Source: Alphaproteobacteria bacterium (GTDB taxonomy: Bacteria > Pseudomonadota > Alphaproteobacteria > UBA6615). Taken from it: 40,211 nucleotides of DNA. The stretch spans positions 1 through 40,211 of the forward strand of contig CBDHEC010000033.1 of assembly GCA_965261975.1 (NCBI GenBank), read 5' to 3'. Shown piece by piece: positions 19,235 through 27,006 of the stretch. Numbering within the stretch: position 1 is the stretch's first letter; each line of letters begins with the position of its first letter. The notes under the pieces were generated by a model. The model was not told the origin of the DNA. It searched no databases and saw only the letters and a list, made by a program, of their open reading frames with translations. Position numbers and translations under genes: made by a program.

Positions 19235-19789
19235 ATGTTTATCCAGACCGAAGAGACACCCAACCCCGCGACCCTGAAGTTTCTTCCGGGGAGCGATGTG
19301 CTCGCCACCGGCACGGCCGACTTTCCCAGCCGGGAGAGCGCCGATACCTCGCCGCTGGCGATGCGGCTGTTTGGGGTTCCGGAAGTGACGGCGGTGTTTC
19401 TGGGAAGCGATTTCGTGACCGTGACGAAGGCGCCGGAGGCCGACTGGCAGGTCCTCAAGCCCGCCGTGCTGGGCGCCATCATGGAGCATTACACGTCGGG
19501 TGAGCCGGTCATGCGCGAGGCCGCCGGCCCGGCGCATGCGGTCGACGATGGTGAGAATAAAGAGGTGGTCTCGCAGATCGTCGAGCTGCTCGACACGCGG
19601 GTGCGACCCGCGGTGGCGATGGACGGCGGGGATATTGTGTTTCACGGCTTCGAAGACGGCGTGGTCTTCCTGACCATGCAGGGGGCGTGTGCCGGCTGCC
19701 CGAGCTCGACCGCGACTTTGAAGATGGGTATCGAGAATCTGCTGCGCCATTACGTACCGGAAGTGGACGAGGTGCAGGCGGTCGCTTAG
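19235..19789 (+). CDS. NifU/NfuA-family Fe-S cluster carrier
   Basis: MFIQTEETPNPATLKFLPG N-domain; VRPAVAMDGGDI and GACAGCPSS (CxxC) NifU-C domain. Confidence 0.95.
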   Translation: MFIQTEETPNPATLKFLPGSDVLATGTADFPSRESADTSPLAMRLFGVPEVTAVFLGSDFVTVTKAPEADWQVLKPAVLGAIMEHYTSGEPVMREAAGPAHAVDDGENKEVVSQIVELLDTRVRPAVAMDGGDIVFHGFEDGVVFLTMQGACAGCPSSTATLKMGIENLLRHYVPEVDEVQAVA

Positions 19790-19915
19790 CGCCGCTCAGG
19801 ACAAATTGGACGATTAAGCATGCAAGGCGGGCGAAAGCACGACTTGCCGAACAGATTGCATATGCATAAAAGTTGATACGCCCCTGGCCCGCGGCGACGT
19901 GGGGGGACGTATGAG

Positions 19916-20926
19916 ATGAGGGGCGTTATTCGAAACTTTCGTAAACATAAGCGCACTGCATTCACGGTTTCGGCCGTGAGCGCCGCCATGATTTACGGCG
20001 CCGTCGCCGGGTTTTCGGTCGACCAGCCCGCGCGCGCGGCCCTCGACTGGGTCGCGCTGCCGCAGGTCGACTTCGAGCTCCCGCGCCCGCAATTTGCCGA
20101 TATCGATGACGATATGGTCGAGGTTGCCTCTGCCGAAACCCTGCACGAGGTGCTGGATGAAACCGGGTATGCGCTGCGGCAAATTCGCCGGGGCGATTCG
20201 CGCGTGCCGCGCCTGTTGGTCGAATCCCTGCCCGGCGATTTCGATGAACAGATGGTCGTCGAAACCCGCAAGCAAACCTTCATTCGCACCGTCCTGCCGC
20301 TGATTTTGAAGGCGAACGAGGAAGTCCAGCTGGAACGCCGGCGCCTTATCGATCTCGAAGAACATATCCTGTCGGGCCGTGAGCTATCGGCGGAAGACCA
20401 GAGCTGGCTGGACCGGCTCGCCGAAAAATATGACAGCGCGCCGGGTGACATTGCGGTGCTTTTGCGCCGGGTGGACACCGTTTCACCGGCCCTGGCGCTG
20501 GCGCAAGCCATCGAGGAAAGTGGCTGGGGGCGCTCCCGTTTCGCGCGTGATGGCAACGCCCTGTATGGGCAGCGCGCCTGGAGCAAGGGCGCCGGTTTTG
20601 TGCCCGAGGAGCGGGCAGAGGGCGAACGCTTTGAAGTCCGTGCCTTCGACAGTCTGCTCGATAGTGTCCGCAGCTATGTGGTCAATCTCAACCGTCACTA
20701 TGCCTATGAAGACTATCGGGTTGCCCGCGCGCAGATGCGCGCACGCGACACGCAACTCAATGCCTATGAGCTTGCCCAGACGCTCGTCAGCTACTCCGAG
20801 CGGCGCGAGGCGTATGTCGATGCATTGCGCGGGCTGATCGCCACGAACCGGCTCGATGATTTTGAGGTCGCACAATTGTCGACCGAGCCGTTCGACTTCG
20901 ACCCGGACGGGACCGAATCAAGGTAG
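19916..20926 (+). CDS. Bax-like glucosaminidase (GH73) domain protein with N-terminal anchor/signal
   Basis: RKQTFIRTVLPLI, LALAQAIEESGWGRSRFARDGNALYGQ, SVRSYVVNLN, YSERREAY; basic then hydrophobic N-terminus. Confidence 0.88.
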   Translation: MRGVIRNFRKHKRTAFTVSAVSAAMIYGAVAGFSVDQPARAALDWVALPQVDFELPRPQFADIDDDMVEVASAETLHEVLDETGYALRQIRRGDSRVPRLLVESLPGDFDEQMVVETRKQTFIRTVLPLILKANEEVQLERRRLIDLEEHILSGRELSAEDQSWLDRLAEKYDSAPGDIAVLLRRVDTVSPALALAQAIEESGWGRSRFARDGNALYGQRAWSKGAGFVPEERAEGERFEVRAFDSLLDSVRSYVVNLNRHYAYEDYRVARAQMRARDTQLNAYELAQTLVSYSERREAYVDALRGLIATNRLDDFEVAQLSTEPFDFDPDGTESR

Positions 20927-20957
20927 CGGGTTCCCGCTGAATTCGGGAACGGCCCGC
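20926..20957. terminator. Hairpin between convergent glucosaminidase and deacetylase genes
   Basis: GTTCCCG-ctgaatt-CGGGAAC (20930-20950), with flanking GCGG(G) and CCCGC that could extend it; no clear U-tract. Confidence 0.45.
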
Positions 20958-20959
20958 CT

Positions 20960-22024
20960 TCAAGAGCGCGGCACGTAGTACAGCATGCCAAGCCAATGCC
21001 AGCGCCCGTCGCGCCCCAGGCCCGTGCAGTTGATCCGGGCGCGGCCGGTTGAGAACGGCCCGTTCATCCGGACCTCGATCCGCGGTCCGATTTCCTCGAC
21101 ACGAACCTGTCCCTGATCTGCCGCATAGCAGGCAAGGCCGTTTACCTGCGGCGTCTCCGGCGCGCGGGTGAAGCCGAAGATGGGCGGGTTCTGGGTCAGC
21201 GTCGGATTGGCCGGCGTCATGTCGCTATAGGGTATCGGCAACGCGTTCGTGACCAGCCGAAACCGATCCATGTCGCCGAATGCCTCGTTCAACGCAAAGC
21301 GCGGCATGTAGTAGCCGTCAGCCGACGCGTCGAGCGCGCCCGACTGCTGGCCGAAGGCGCTGGTGTACCCCGCTTCGCGGACGACGGTTTGTACTTGCGT
21401 GCTCGCCTCGCCGAAGGGATAGGCGAACAGCGCCGGCACGGCGCCGATCTCGCTGACATATCGTGCGTTGGACTGGGCGAGGTCGGAGCGGTTGCGTTCG
21501 AGCGAGTTGGCGGCCATGTGCAGATGGGTGGCGGTGTGCCCGCCAATGGTCACACCGGCTTCATGCAACTCGCGCACTTGTTCCCAGCTCATGAAGTCGG
21601 TGAACTTGCGGTCGATGGGGTCGGTGGAAACGAACACCGTGAACGGAAACCCCGCGCGCCGAAACCTTGGCCAGGCCTCGGTATAGATTGACCGATATCC
21701 GTCGTCGATGGTGATCCCGACGGTTCGGTCGGGAAGTTCCCGGCCTTCGCGGATGGCGGACACGATGTCGGGGACGGACATCACGGTATAGGGCCCCGAG
21801 GAAAGCTCCGCGATGTGCGCATCGAGCTGTTCCAGGCGAATGTTGGTGGATGGAAACGCGTTCTCGCCGAAACGGTGATACATCAGGATGACGGCCGAAT
21901 CGGCAGCACCCGCCGCCGTGGACAGGCTCAGCCAGATGGCCGCCGCGGCCAGGACCGAGGCGATTGTTGCTTGCGCGCGTTGTTTCAACAATTCGAGTGC
22001 TCGTCGGGTCACGTGCGTCTCCAC
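20960..22024 (-). CDS. Exported polysaccharide deacetylase (CE4/NodB fold)
   Basis: ILMYHRF, TIDDG, GHTATHLH (metal His pair), FAYPFG, PRF; signal peptide ending AGA-A; C-terminal beta-rich extension; start uncertain. Confidence 0.9.
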   Translation of the reverse strand: METHVTRRALELLKQRAQATIASVLAAAAIWLSLSTAAGAADSAVILMYHRFGENAFPSTNIRLEQLDAHIAELSSGPYTVMSVPDIVSAIREGRELPDRTVGITIDDGYRSIYTEAWPRFRRAGFPFTVFVSTDPIDRKFTDFMSWEQVRELHEAGVTIGGHTATHLHMAANSLERNRSDLAQSNARYVSEIGAVPALFAYPFGEASTQVQTVVREAGYTSAFGQQSGALDASADGYYMPRFALNEAFGDMDRFRLVTNALPIPYSDMTPANPTLTQNPPIFGFTRAPETPQVNGLACYAADQGQVRVEEIGPRIEVRMNGPFSTGRARINCTGLGRDGRWHWLGMLYYVPRS

Positions 22025-22128
22025 GGTCGGGGCACCATGCGACAGGCTGTCGGTTCTTCGGAGACGTTACCGTCGGGTGGTTTTGCGCCGCAAGGCCTAG
22101 AGAATCGAGTTTTCCGCGCGGCGCGGTA

Positions 22129-22710
22129 TCATTGTGGTCCCATCATCGGCTTGTCGAGATGGTGGTCTTCGGCCAACGGATATCGCCGCGGATCGAACAG
22201 TTGATAGTGCCACCATTCCTTCGAGTAAAAATCCCAGCCCGCCGTCGACATGATGCCCAGCAACAGGTGCCGGTTGCGTTGTGCGTCAGGCGATACGTCG
22301 GCGCCATGGTGCGAAAGGGGCGTGAAGGCGTCGAAGGCTGTTCCCATGTCGAGAGGTGTGCCGGTCTCGTCGATCAGGGTGAGGTCTACCGCGACGCCGC
22401 GGCTGTGGGGGGATCCGCGCCGCGGGTCGGCCAGAAAATCGGGATCCGGTGAGTGGTTCCACAACATCCACTGGGCCTCGCTCGGCCGCAGGGCATCGAA
22501 TATCAGCAGTCGATATCCGAGGCGTGCGGCGAGTTCGATCGCGCGTGCCAGATGCGCTGCGGCGTCCTCGTGCAGATAGCAATGTGCGTTCGCGTAAACC
22601 GGCCGGCCGGTGAAATTGTCGGCCGTCGCATAGGCCAGGTGGATGTCGACATTGTAGGCTTGTCGATCAATCTCGACATATGCGGCGCGCAAGGTTGGGG
22701 CGTCGGTCAT
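22129..22710 (-). CDS. ddpX: D-alanyl-D-alanine dipeptidase (VanX/DdpX, peptidase M15D)
   Basis: YATADNFTG, FDALRP, SPHSRGVAVD (SxHxxGxAxD), DMGTAFD, EWWH; GGAGG RBS. Confidence 0.93.
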   Translation of the reverse strand: MTDAPTLRAAYVEIDRQAYNVDIHLAYATADNFTGRPVYANAHCYLHEDAAAHLARAIELAARLGYRLLIFDALRPSEAQWMLWNHSPDPDFLADPRRGSPHSRGVAVDLTLIDETGTPLDMGTAFDAFTPLSHHGADVSPDAQRNRHLLLGIMSTAGWDFYSKEWWHYQLFDPRRYPLAEDHHLDKPMMGPQ

Positions 22711-22769
22711 GGGAAAATCCTCCGGCCGGCCGCCTTTGCCGCGACCCGCGCGCGATGCTAGACCCGATC

Positions 22770-23501
22770 ATGGATTCGCGGAAAAGCAGGAATATGGGCA
22801 CGACTTCAAATTCAACGATCCTGGCTCTGGATGCCGCCGGCGGTGCCTGTTCCGCTGCTTTATGGGCAGGGGGCGCAATTGCACAGCGGCGTTGGGTAGA
22901 GATGGAGCGCGGCCATGCCGAGGCGTTGATGCCGATGGCGCGCGAGGTCGTCGCCGATACGGGCTTTCAGGCCCTGGACCTCATCGCTGTCTCTATCGGC
23001 CCCGGCGGATACACCGGGTTGCGCATTGCCATTGCCGCGGCGCGGGGGCTTGGCCTGGCGCTTGACGTGCCGGTTATGGGTGTCGGCAGTCTCGATGTGC
23101 ATCGCCATATGGCCCGCCAAGCGGGGGTGGTCGGGTCCCTGGCTGTCCTGTTGGAGACCAAACGTGCCGACTTCTATGTTCAGGCGTTCGGCGCCGACGA
23201 TGATCCGCGCATGGCACCGTCGGTGTTTGACGGCGCGGAGGTCGAGCGGCAGCTCGTGTCGCACGACGTCGCCGCGCTTGTGGGCGACGCGGTTGAGCGC
23301 TTCGCCGATCAGGCGACAGGCCACCTGTCAGATCAACTGGTGAAACGGAGCCAGGCAGCGGATGCGGCGGCCGTCGCGGCCCTTGCCGCCGTCGCGATTT
23401 CGGATGCCGGCGCCGGGGAGATCACGCCGCCGCGCCCCCTGTACTTGCGCGCGCCTGACACCAGTCCGCCGGCGGCCGACCGGCAGCGTCTGCGCGGGTA
23501 G
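22770..23501 (+). CDS. tsaB: tRNA threonylcarbamoyladenosine biosynthesis protein TsaB
   Basis: ILALDAAGGACSAAL, MERGHAEALMP, IAVSIGPGGYTGLRI, PRPLYLRAPD. Start ATG 22770 or 22794 is more plausible than 22680. Confidence 0.9.
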   Translation: MDSRKSRNMGTTSNSTILALDAAGGACSAALWAGGAIAQRRWVEMERGHAEALMPMAREVVADTGFQALDLIAVSIGPGGYTGLRIAIAAARGLGLALDVPVMGVGSLDVHRHMARQAGVVGSLAVLLETKRADFYVQAFGADDDPRMAPSVFDGAEVERQLVSHDVAALVGDAVERFADQATGHLSDQLVKRSQAADAAAVAALAAVAISDAGAGEITPPRPLYLRAPDTSPPAADRQRLRG

Positions 23502-23510
23502 GGGTCGGGT

Positions 23511-23993
23511 TTGACGTCCCCACTCACTCCGGGCTGGCATATCGAGGAAGCGCCGGTGGCGGCGGCGGCGCATCTTGCGCGGCTTCACGGGCTTTGTTTC
23601 GCGCCTCTCCCGGAAACACCCTGGTCCGAGCACGCATTTCGCACGATCCTCGGCATGCCGACGACTTTTGCGATCGTGGCACGTGAAGGGGAATTGGAGG
23701 CGGCGGCGCTGCTTGTCGGCCGGCGCACGGGCGATGACGCCGAGATTCTCACGCTTTGTGTCGCGCCGGTAGCGCGCCGCGCCGGTGTCGCACGCGCCAT
23801 GCTCGATGTGTTTTTTGAGCATGTCGGCGCGCAGACAGGGGTCGTGCTCGAGGTCGCGGCGGATAATGCGGCGGCCATTGCGCTTTATGAATCGGTGGGT
23901 TTCTTGCCTGTTGGCCTTCGGCCCGATTACTACGCCGGACAGGACCGGAAAGTCGACGCTCTGGTGTATGCGCGCCGCGCGACCGTCGTATGA
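23511..23993 (+). CDS. rimI: RimI-like GNAT N-acetyltransferase
   Basis: AEILTLCVAPVARRAGVA, LEVAADNAAAIALYESVGF..GLRPDYY; follows tsaB as usual. Confidence 0.8.
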   Translation: MTSPLTPGWHIEEAPVAAAAHLARLHGLCFAPLPETPWSEHAFRTILGMPTTFAIVAREGELEAAALLVGRRTGDDAEILTLCVAPVARRAGVARAMLDVFFEHVGAQTGVVLEVAADNAAAIALYESVGFLPVGLRPDYYAGQDRKVDALVYARRATVV

Positions 23994-24023
23994 ATAAATG
24001 AACGGGGCTGTGGATCAAAAAAA

Positions 24024-24052
24024 CTTGGATAAACGTGGAACAGAGCCTAAAT
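24024..24052 (+). promoter_or_regulatory. Candidate promoter in AT-rich region upstream of mucR
   Basis: CTTGGA-N17-CTAAAT resembles the rhizobial CTTGAC-N17-CTATAT consensus. Confidence 0.4.
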
Positions 24053-24098
24053 ATTCGTTCGTATATTCACAGTTGTTAGCGTTCATGAGGCAAATCAA

Positions 24099-24503
24099 AT
24101 GAGTGAACAGGTTAGTTCCGCGGAATTGTTGAAGTTGACGGCAGATATTGTTGCGGCGCATGTGTCGAACAACAAACTGCCGGCGAATGATTTGCCCCAG
24201 TTGATCGCGCAAGTGCACGCAAGTCTCACCGACACGGGCGGTTCGGCGAATACGCAACAGCGCCCGTCGCCGGCGGTCCCGATCAAGAAATCGGTGACGG
24301 CTGACTTTATCGTCTGTCTTGAGGACGGGAAAAAACTCAAGATGCTGAAGCGGCATCTCAAGACCTCTTATGACATGACCCCCGAACAATATCGCGAACG
24401 CTGGGGGCTGGCGGCGGATTACCCCATGGTTGCCCCGAACTACGCCAAGAAGCGCAGTCAGCTGGCGAAAAAGATCGGCCTGGGGAAACGCGGCAAGAAA
24501 TAG
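24099..24503 (+). CDS. mucR: MucR/Ros family nucleoid-associated transcriptional regulator
   Basis: LTADIVAAHVSNN, PAVPIKKSV, CLEDGKKLKMLKRHL, YRERWGL..DYPMVAPNY. Confidence 0.96.
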   Translation: MSEQVSSAELLKLTADIVAAHVSNNKLPANDLPQLIAQVHASLTDTGGSANTQQRPSPAVPIKKSVTADFIVCLEDGKKLKMLKRHLKTSYDMTPEQYRERWGLAADYPMVAPNYAKKRSQLAKKIGLGKRGKK

Positions 24504-24613
24504 CGCCGATGTCGCCGGGGCATATTCGCCGTGAATCGGTATTTGGCCTATATTATGCGGGTGAAGATTTCTGAACCAGATAGCTGGTCGGCCGGTCGGG
24601 GGTGGACGTGAGC

Positions 24614-25051
24614 ATGAATAAGTTGTCAAGGATCGAGCAGCTGTGCACGGATCGCGGTCTGAAGCTGACCGAGCAACGCCGAACAATCGCGCGCGTGCTG
24701 TCGGAGGCCGAGGATCACCCCGACGTTGATCAGGTCTATCGCCGGGCCACCCAGCTCGATTCACGCATCTCGATCGCCACGGTCTATCGCACAGTACGCT
24801 TGTTCGAAGAGGCCAACATTCTTGAAAAGCATGACTTCGGTGATGGGCGCGCGCGCTATGAGGAGGTGCAGGACGATCATCACGATCACCTGATCGATGT
24901 GAAGACCGGCAAGGTGATCGAATTCTTCAATGAAGAGATCGAGGAGCTGAAAGCCAAGATCGCGCGCGATCACGGTTATGAATTGATCGATCATCGGCTT
25001 GAGTTGTTCGCGATGCCCTTGCAATCCGCGGATGACGACGGCACCGACTGA
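24614..25051 (+). CDS. fur: Fur/Mur family metalloregulator
   Basis: LTEQRRTIARVL, DHPDV, SIATVYRTVRLFEE, HHDHLID; lacks CxxC as alphaproteobacterial Fur/Mur do. Start ATG 24614 (or GTG 24602). Confidence 0.92.
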   Translation: MNKLSRIEQLCTDRGLKLTEQRRTIARVLSEAEDHPDVDQVYRRATQLDSRISIATVYRTVRLFEEANILEKHDFGDGRARYEEVQDDHHDHLIDVKTGKVIEFFNEEIEELKAKIARDHGYELIDHRLELFAMPLQSADDDGTD

Positions 25052-25085
25052 CGGCCCCTCGAGACCCCATGCAGGCGCAATCCGT

Positions 25086-25955
25086 ATGAACGACCTCCCT
25101 GATGGCGACGGCGATGCACCGACGCCCGGGGGTGCGGCGCGTCTTGATGAGGCCCTGGCGGCGTTGGGGTCTGGCTCGCTGGTGGCGCGACTGGCCCGCG
25201 ACGAAGACGACATCATGGCCGCACAGGCGCTGCGATATCGCGTTTTCTACGGTGAGATGAAAGCCAAGCCTGACGCGGAGATGGCGCGTGTGCGGCGCGA
25301 CATCGACCCGTTTGACGCGGCGTGCGAACACTTGCTCGTCTGCGATACGGACCGTGGCGCGGGCGTGGAATCCATCATCGCGACCTACCGTTTGCTGCGC
25401 GGTGAGAATGCGCGGAAGCTCGGGCGTTTCTATTCCGCGGGTGAGTACGACATCTCCCCGCTGATGAATTATTCCGGTGAGGCGCTTGAGCTTGGCCGGT
25501 CTTGCGTCGACGAGGCCTACCGCGGACGTCCCACCATGCAGCTGCTCTGGGCGGCAATTGCCCAGTTTGTTTTTCATCACGACATTTCCGTGATGTTCGG
25601 CTGCGCCAGCCTGCACGGCGTGGAGCCCGAGAGCCTCGCCCTGCCGCTCAGCTACCTGCACCATTTCCACCTGGCGCCCGAGGATATGCGGCCCGTGGCG
25701 TTGCCGGAACTGCATGTGGGCATGGACTTCATGCCGGCCGACGAGGTCAACAAGAAGGCGGCGCTGACGGCGCTGCCGCCCCTGTTGAAAGGGTATCTCA
25801 GGCTGGGCGGGTTTGTCGGCGACGGGGCCGTGGTGGACCATCAGTTCAACACGACCGATGTTTGCATCGTGGTCAAAACCGACCTGGTGACCGGGAAGTA
25901 TTATCGGCATTACGGGCGTGACCGCGCACCGGAAGATGCCGGGGGCGCGGCGTGA
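25086..25955 (+). CDS. olsB: Ornithine-acyl[ACP] N-acyltransferase (GNAT-fold)
   Basis: AQALRYRVFYGEM, DPFDAACEHLLV, ATYRLL, FYSAGEYD, LELGRSCV, MFGCAS, LPPLLKGYLRLG, DHQFNTTDV. Confidence 0.88.
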   Translation: MNDLPDGDGDAPTPGGAARLDEALAALGSGSLVARLARDEDDIMAAQALRYRVFYGEMKAKPDAEMARVRRDIDPFDAACEHLLVCDTDRGAGVESIIATYRLLRGENARKLGRFYSAGEYDISPLMNYSGEALELGRSCVDEAYRGRPTMQLLWAAIAQFVFHHDISVMFGCASLHGVEPESLALPLSYLHHFHLAPEDMRPVALPELHVGMDFMPADEVNKKAALTALPPLLKGYLRLGGFVGDGAVVDHQFNTTDVCIVVKTDLVTGKYYRHYGRDRAPEDAGGAA

Positions 25956-26908
25956 GCGAGGCGACGGTTCACAACGCCCGCATAACCGCGGCGGCGCGGG
26001 CGGCCATATATGTGTTGTTCACGTTGGCGCTTATCCCGGTTCAGGCGGTGGCGCTCATATTGCGCCTTCCCTTGTCGCGTCGAATCCCGCTCTGGTATCA
26101 CCGCATTTGCTGTCGGCTGTTGGGAATCCGGCTGGAGGTGTTCGGCCGCCGGTCGCGCACACGGCCCACCTTGTTTGTCGCCAATCACAGTTCCTATCTC
26201 GACATCGCGATCTACGGTGCGCTGATACCTGGGTCATTCGTCGCCAAGTCGGAAGTGGCGGGGTGGCCTCTGTTCGGGCTGCTTGCAAAGTTGCAGCGCT
26301 CGGTTTTTGTGGACCGGCGGGTCCGCACGTCGCATCTGCAGGCAACCGCGCTCGGGCAACGGCTCGAAGCCGGCGACAGCATGATCCTTTTTCCCGAGGG
26401 CACCAGCGACGACGGCAACCACATATTGCCTTTCAAGAGCGCGCTTCTGTCTGTGGCCGAGTTTCGTGCCAAGGGAGAACCGCTCACGGTGCAGCCGGTG
26501 TCGCTGACATATTCGCGTGTCGACGGTGTGCCCATCGGCCGTCACTTGCGTCCGTTCTATGCCTGGTACGGCGACATGGACCTGCTTGGTCATGCCGCGG
26601 AGCTCGTCGGGCTCGGACGGCTGACTGTCACCGTTTCTTTCCACCCGCCCGTGACGATCGATGAGTTCGGGTCGCGAAAGGCGCTGGCGCAGCATTGTTA
26701 CGAGCGGATCGTGAGCAGCCATTCGGACGCGTTGTCCGGCCGAATCCAGCCGAAGGTCGGCACGTCGGGCAAGTGGGACTGGATCCGCTGGCGTCTGCGC
26801 CCGCGATTGAATGACCTCAAGGGGTTGCGGCGCGCCAACAAAGGCTTCGCAAGCCCCCGTGCAAAGCGTGATTCGGCGCGGGTTGACTCGAAGTCGGCGA
26901 AGGCTTAG
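25952..26908 (+). CDS. PlsC-family acyltransferase (lyso-ornithine lipid O-acyltransferase OlsA-like or LPA acyltransferase)
   Basis: ANHSSYLD (HxxxxD), FVAKSEV, FVDR, LFPEGT; GTGA overlap with olsB. Confidence 0.9.
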   Translation: MSEATVHNARITAAARAAIYVLFTLALIPVQAVALILRLPLSRRIPLWYHRICCRLLGIRLEVFGRRSRTRPTLFVANHSSYLDIAIYGALIPGSFVAKSEVAGWPLFGLLAKLQRSVFVDRRVRTSHLQATALGQRLEAGDSMILFPEGTSDDGNHILPFKSALLSVAEFRAKGEPLTVQPVSLTYSRVDGVPIGRHLRPFYAWYGDMDLLGHAAELVGLGRLTVTVSFHPPVTIDEFGSRKALAQHCYERIVSSHSDALSGRIQPKVGTSGKWDWIRWRLRPRLNDLKGLRRANKGFASPRAKRDSARVDSKSAKA

Positions 26909-27006
26909 GTGTGAGATTATTGATAAATAACAAAGTGTTGGCGGTGGAATTGGGGGTGTGTCGCTCCTCCGGTGCCGCGTTCGCATCGCAAACGGCGTAA
27001 GGGCCC

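Noticed and set aside
21980-22024. TRRALELLK as a Tat signal on the deacetylase
   Set aside because: Poor match to S/T-R-R-x-F-L-K and dependent on an uncertain start codon.
22129-22710. VanX homologue as vancomycin resistance
   Set aside because: No vanH/vanA/vanRS nearby; DdpX homologues are common housekeeping enzymes in Gram-negative bacteria.
24037-24059. GGAAC...CGTT EcfG-type promoter upstream of mucR
   Set aside because: Spacer is 14 nt, shorter than the usual 16-17.
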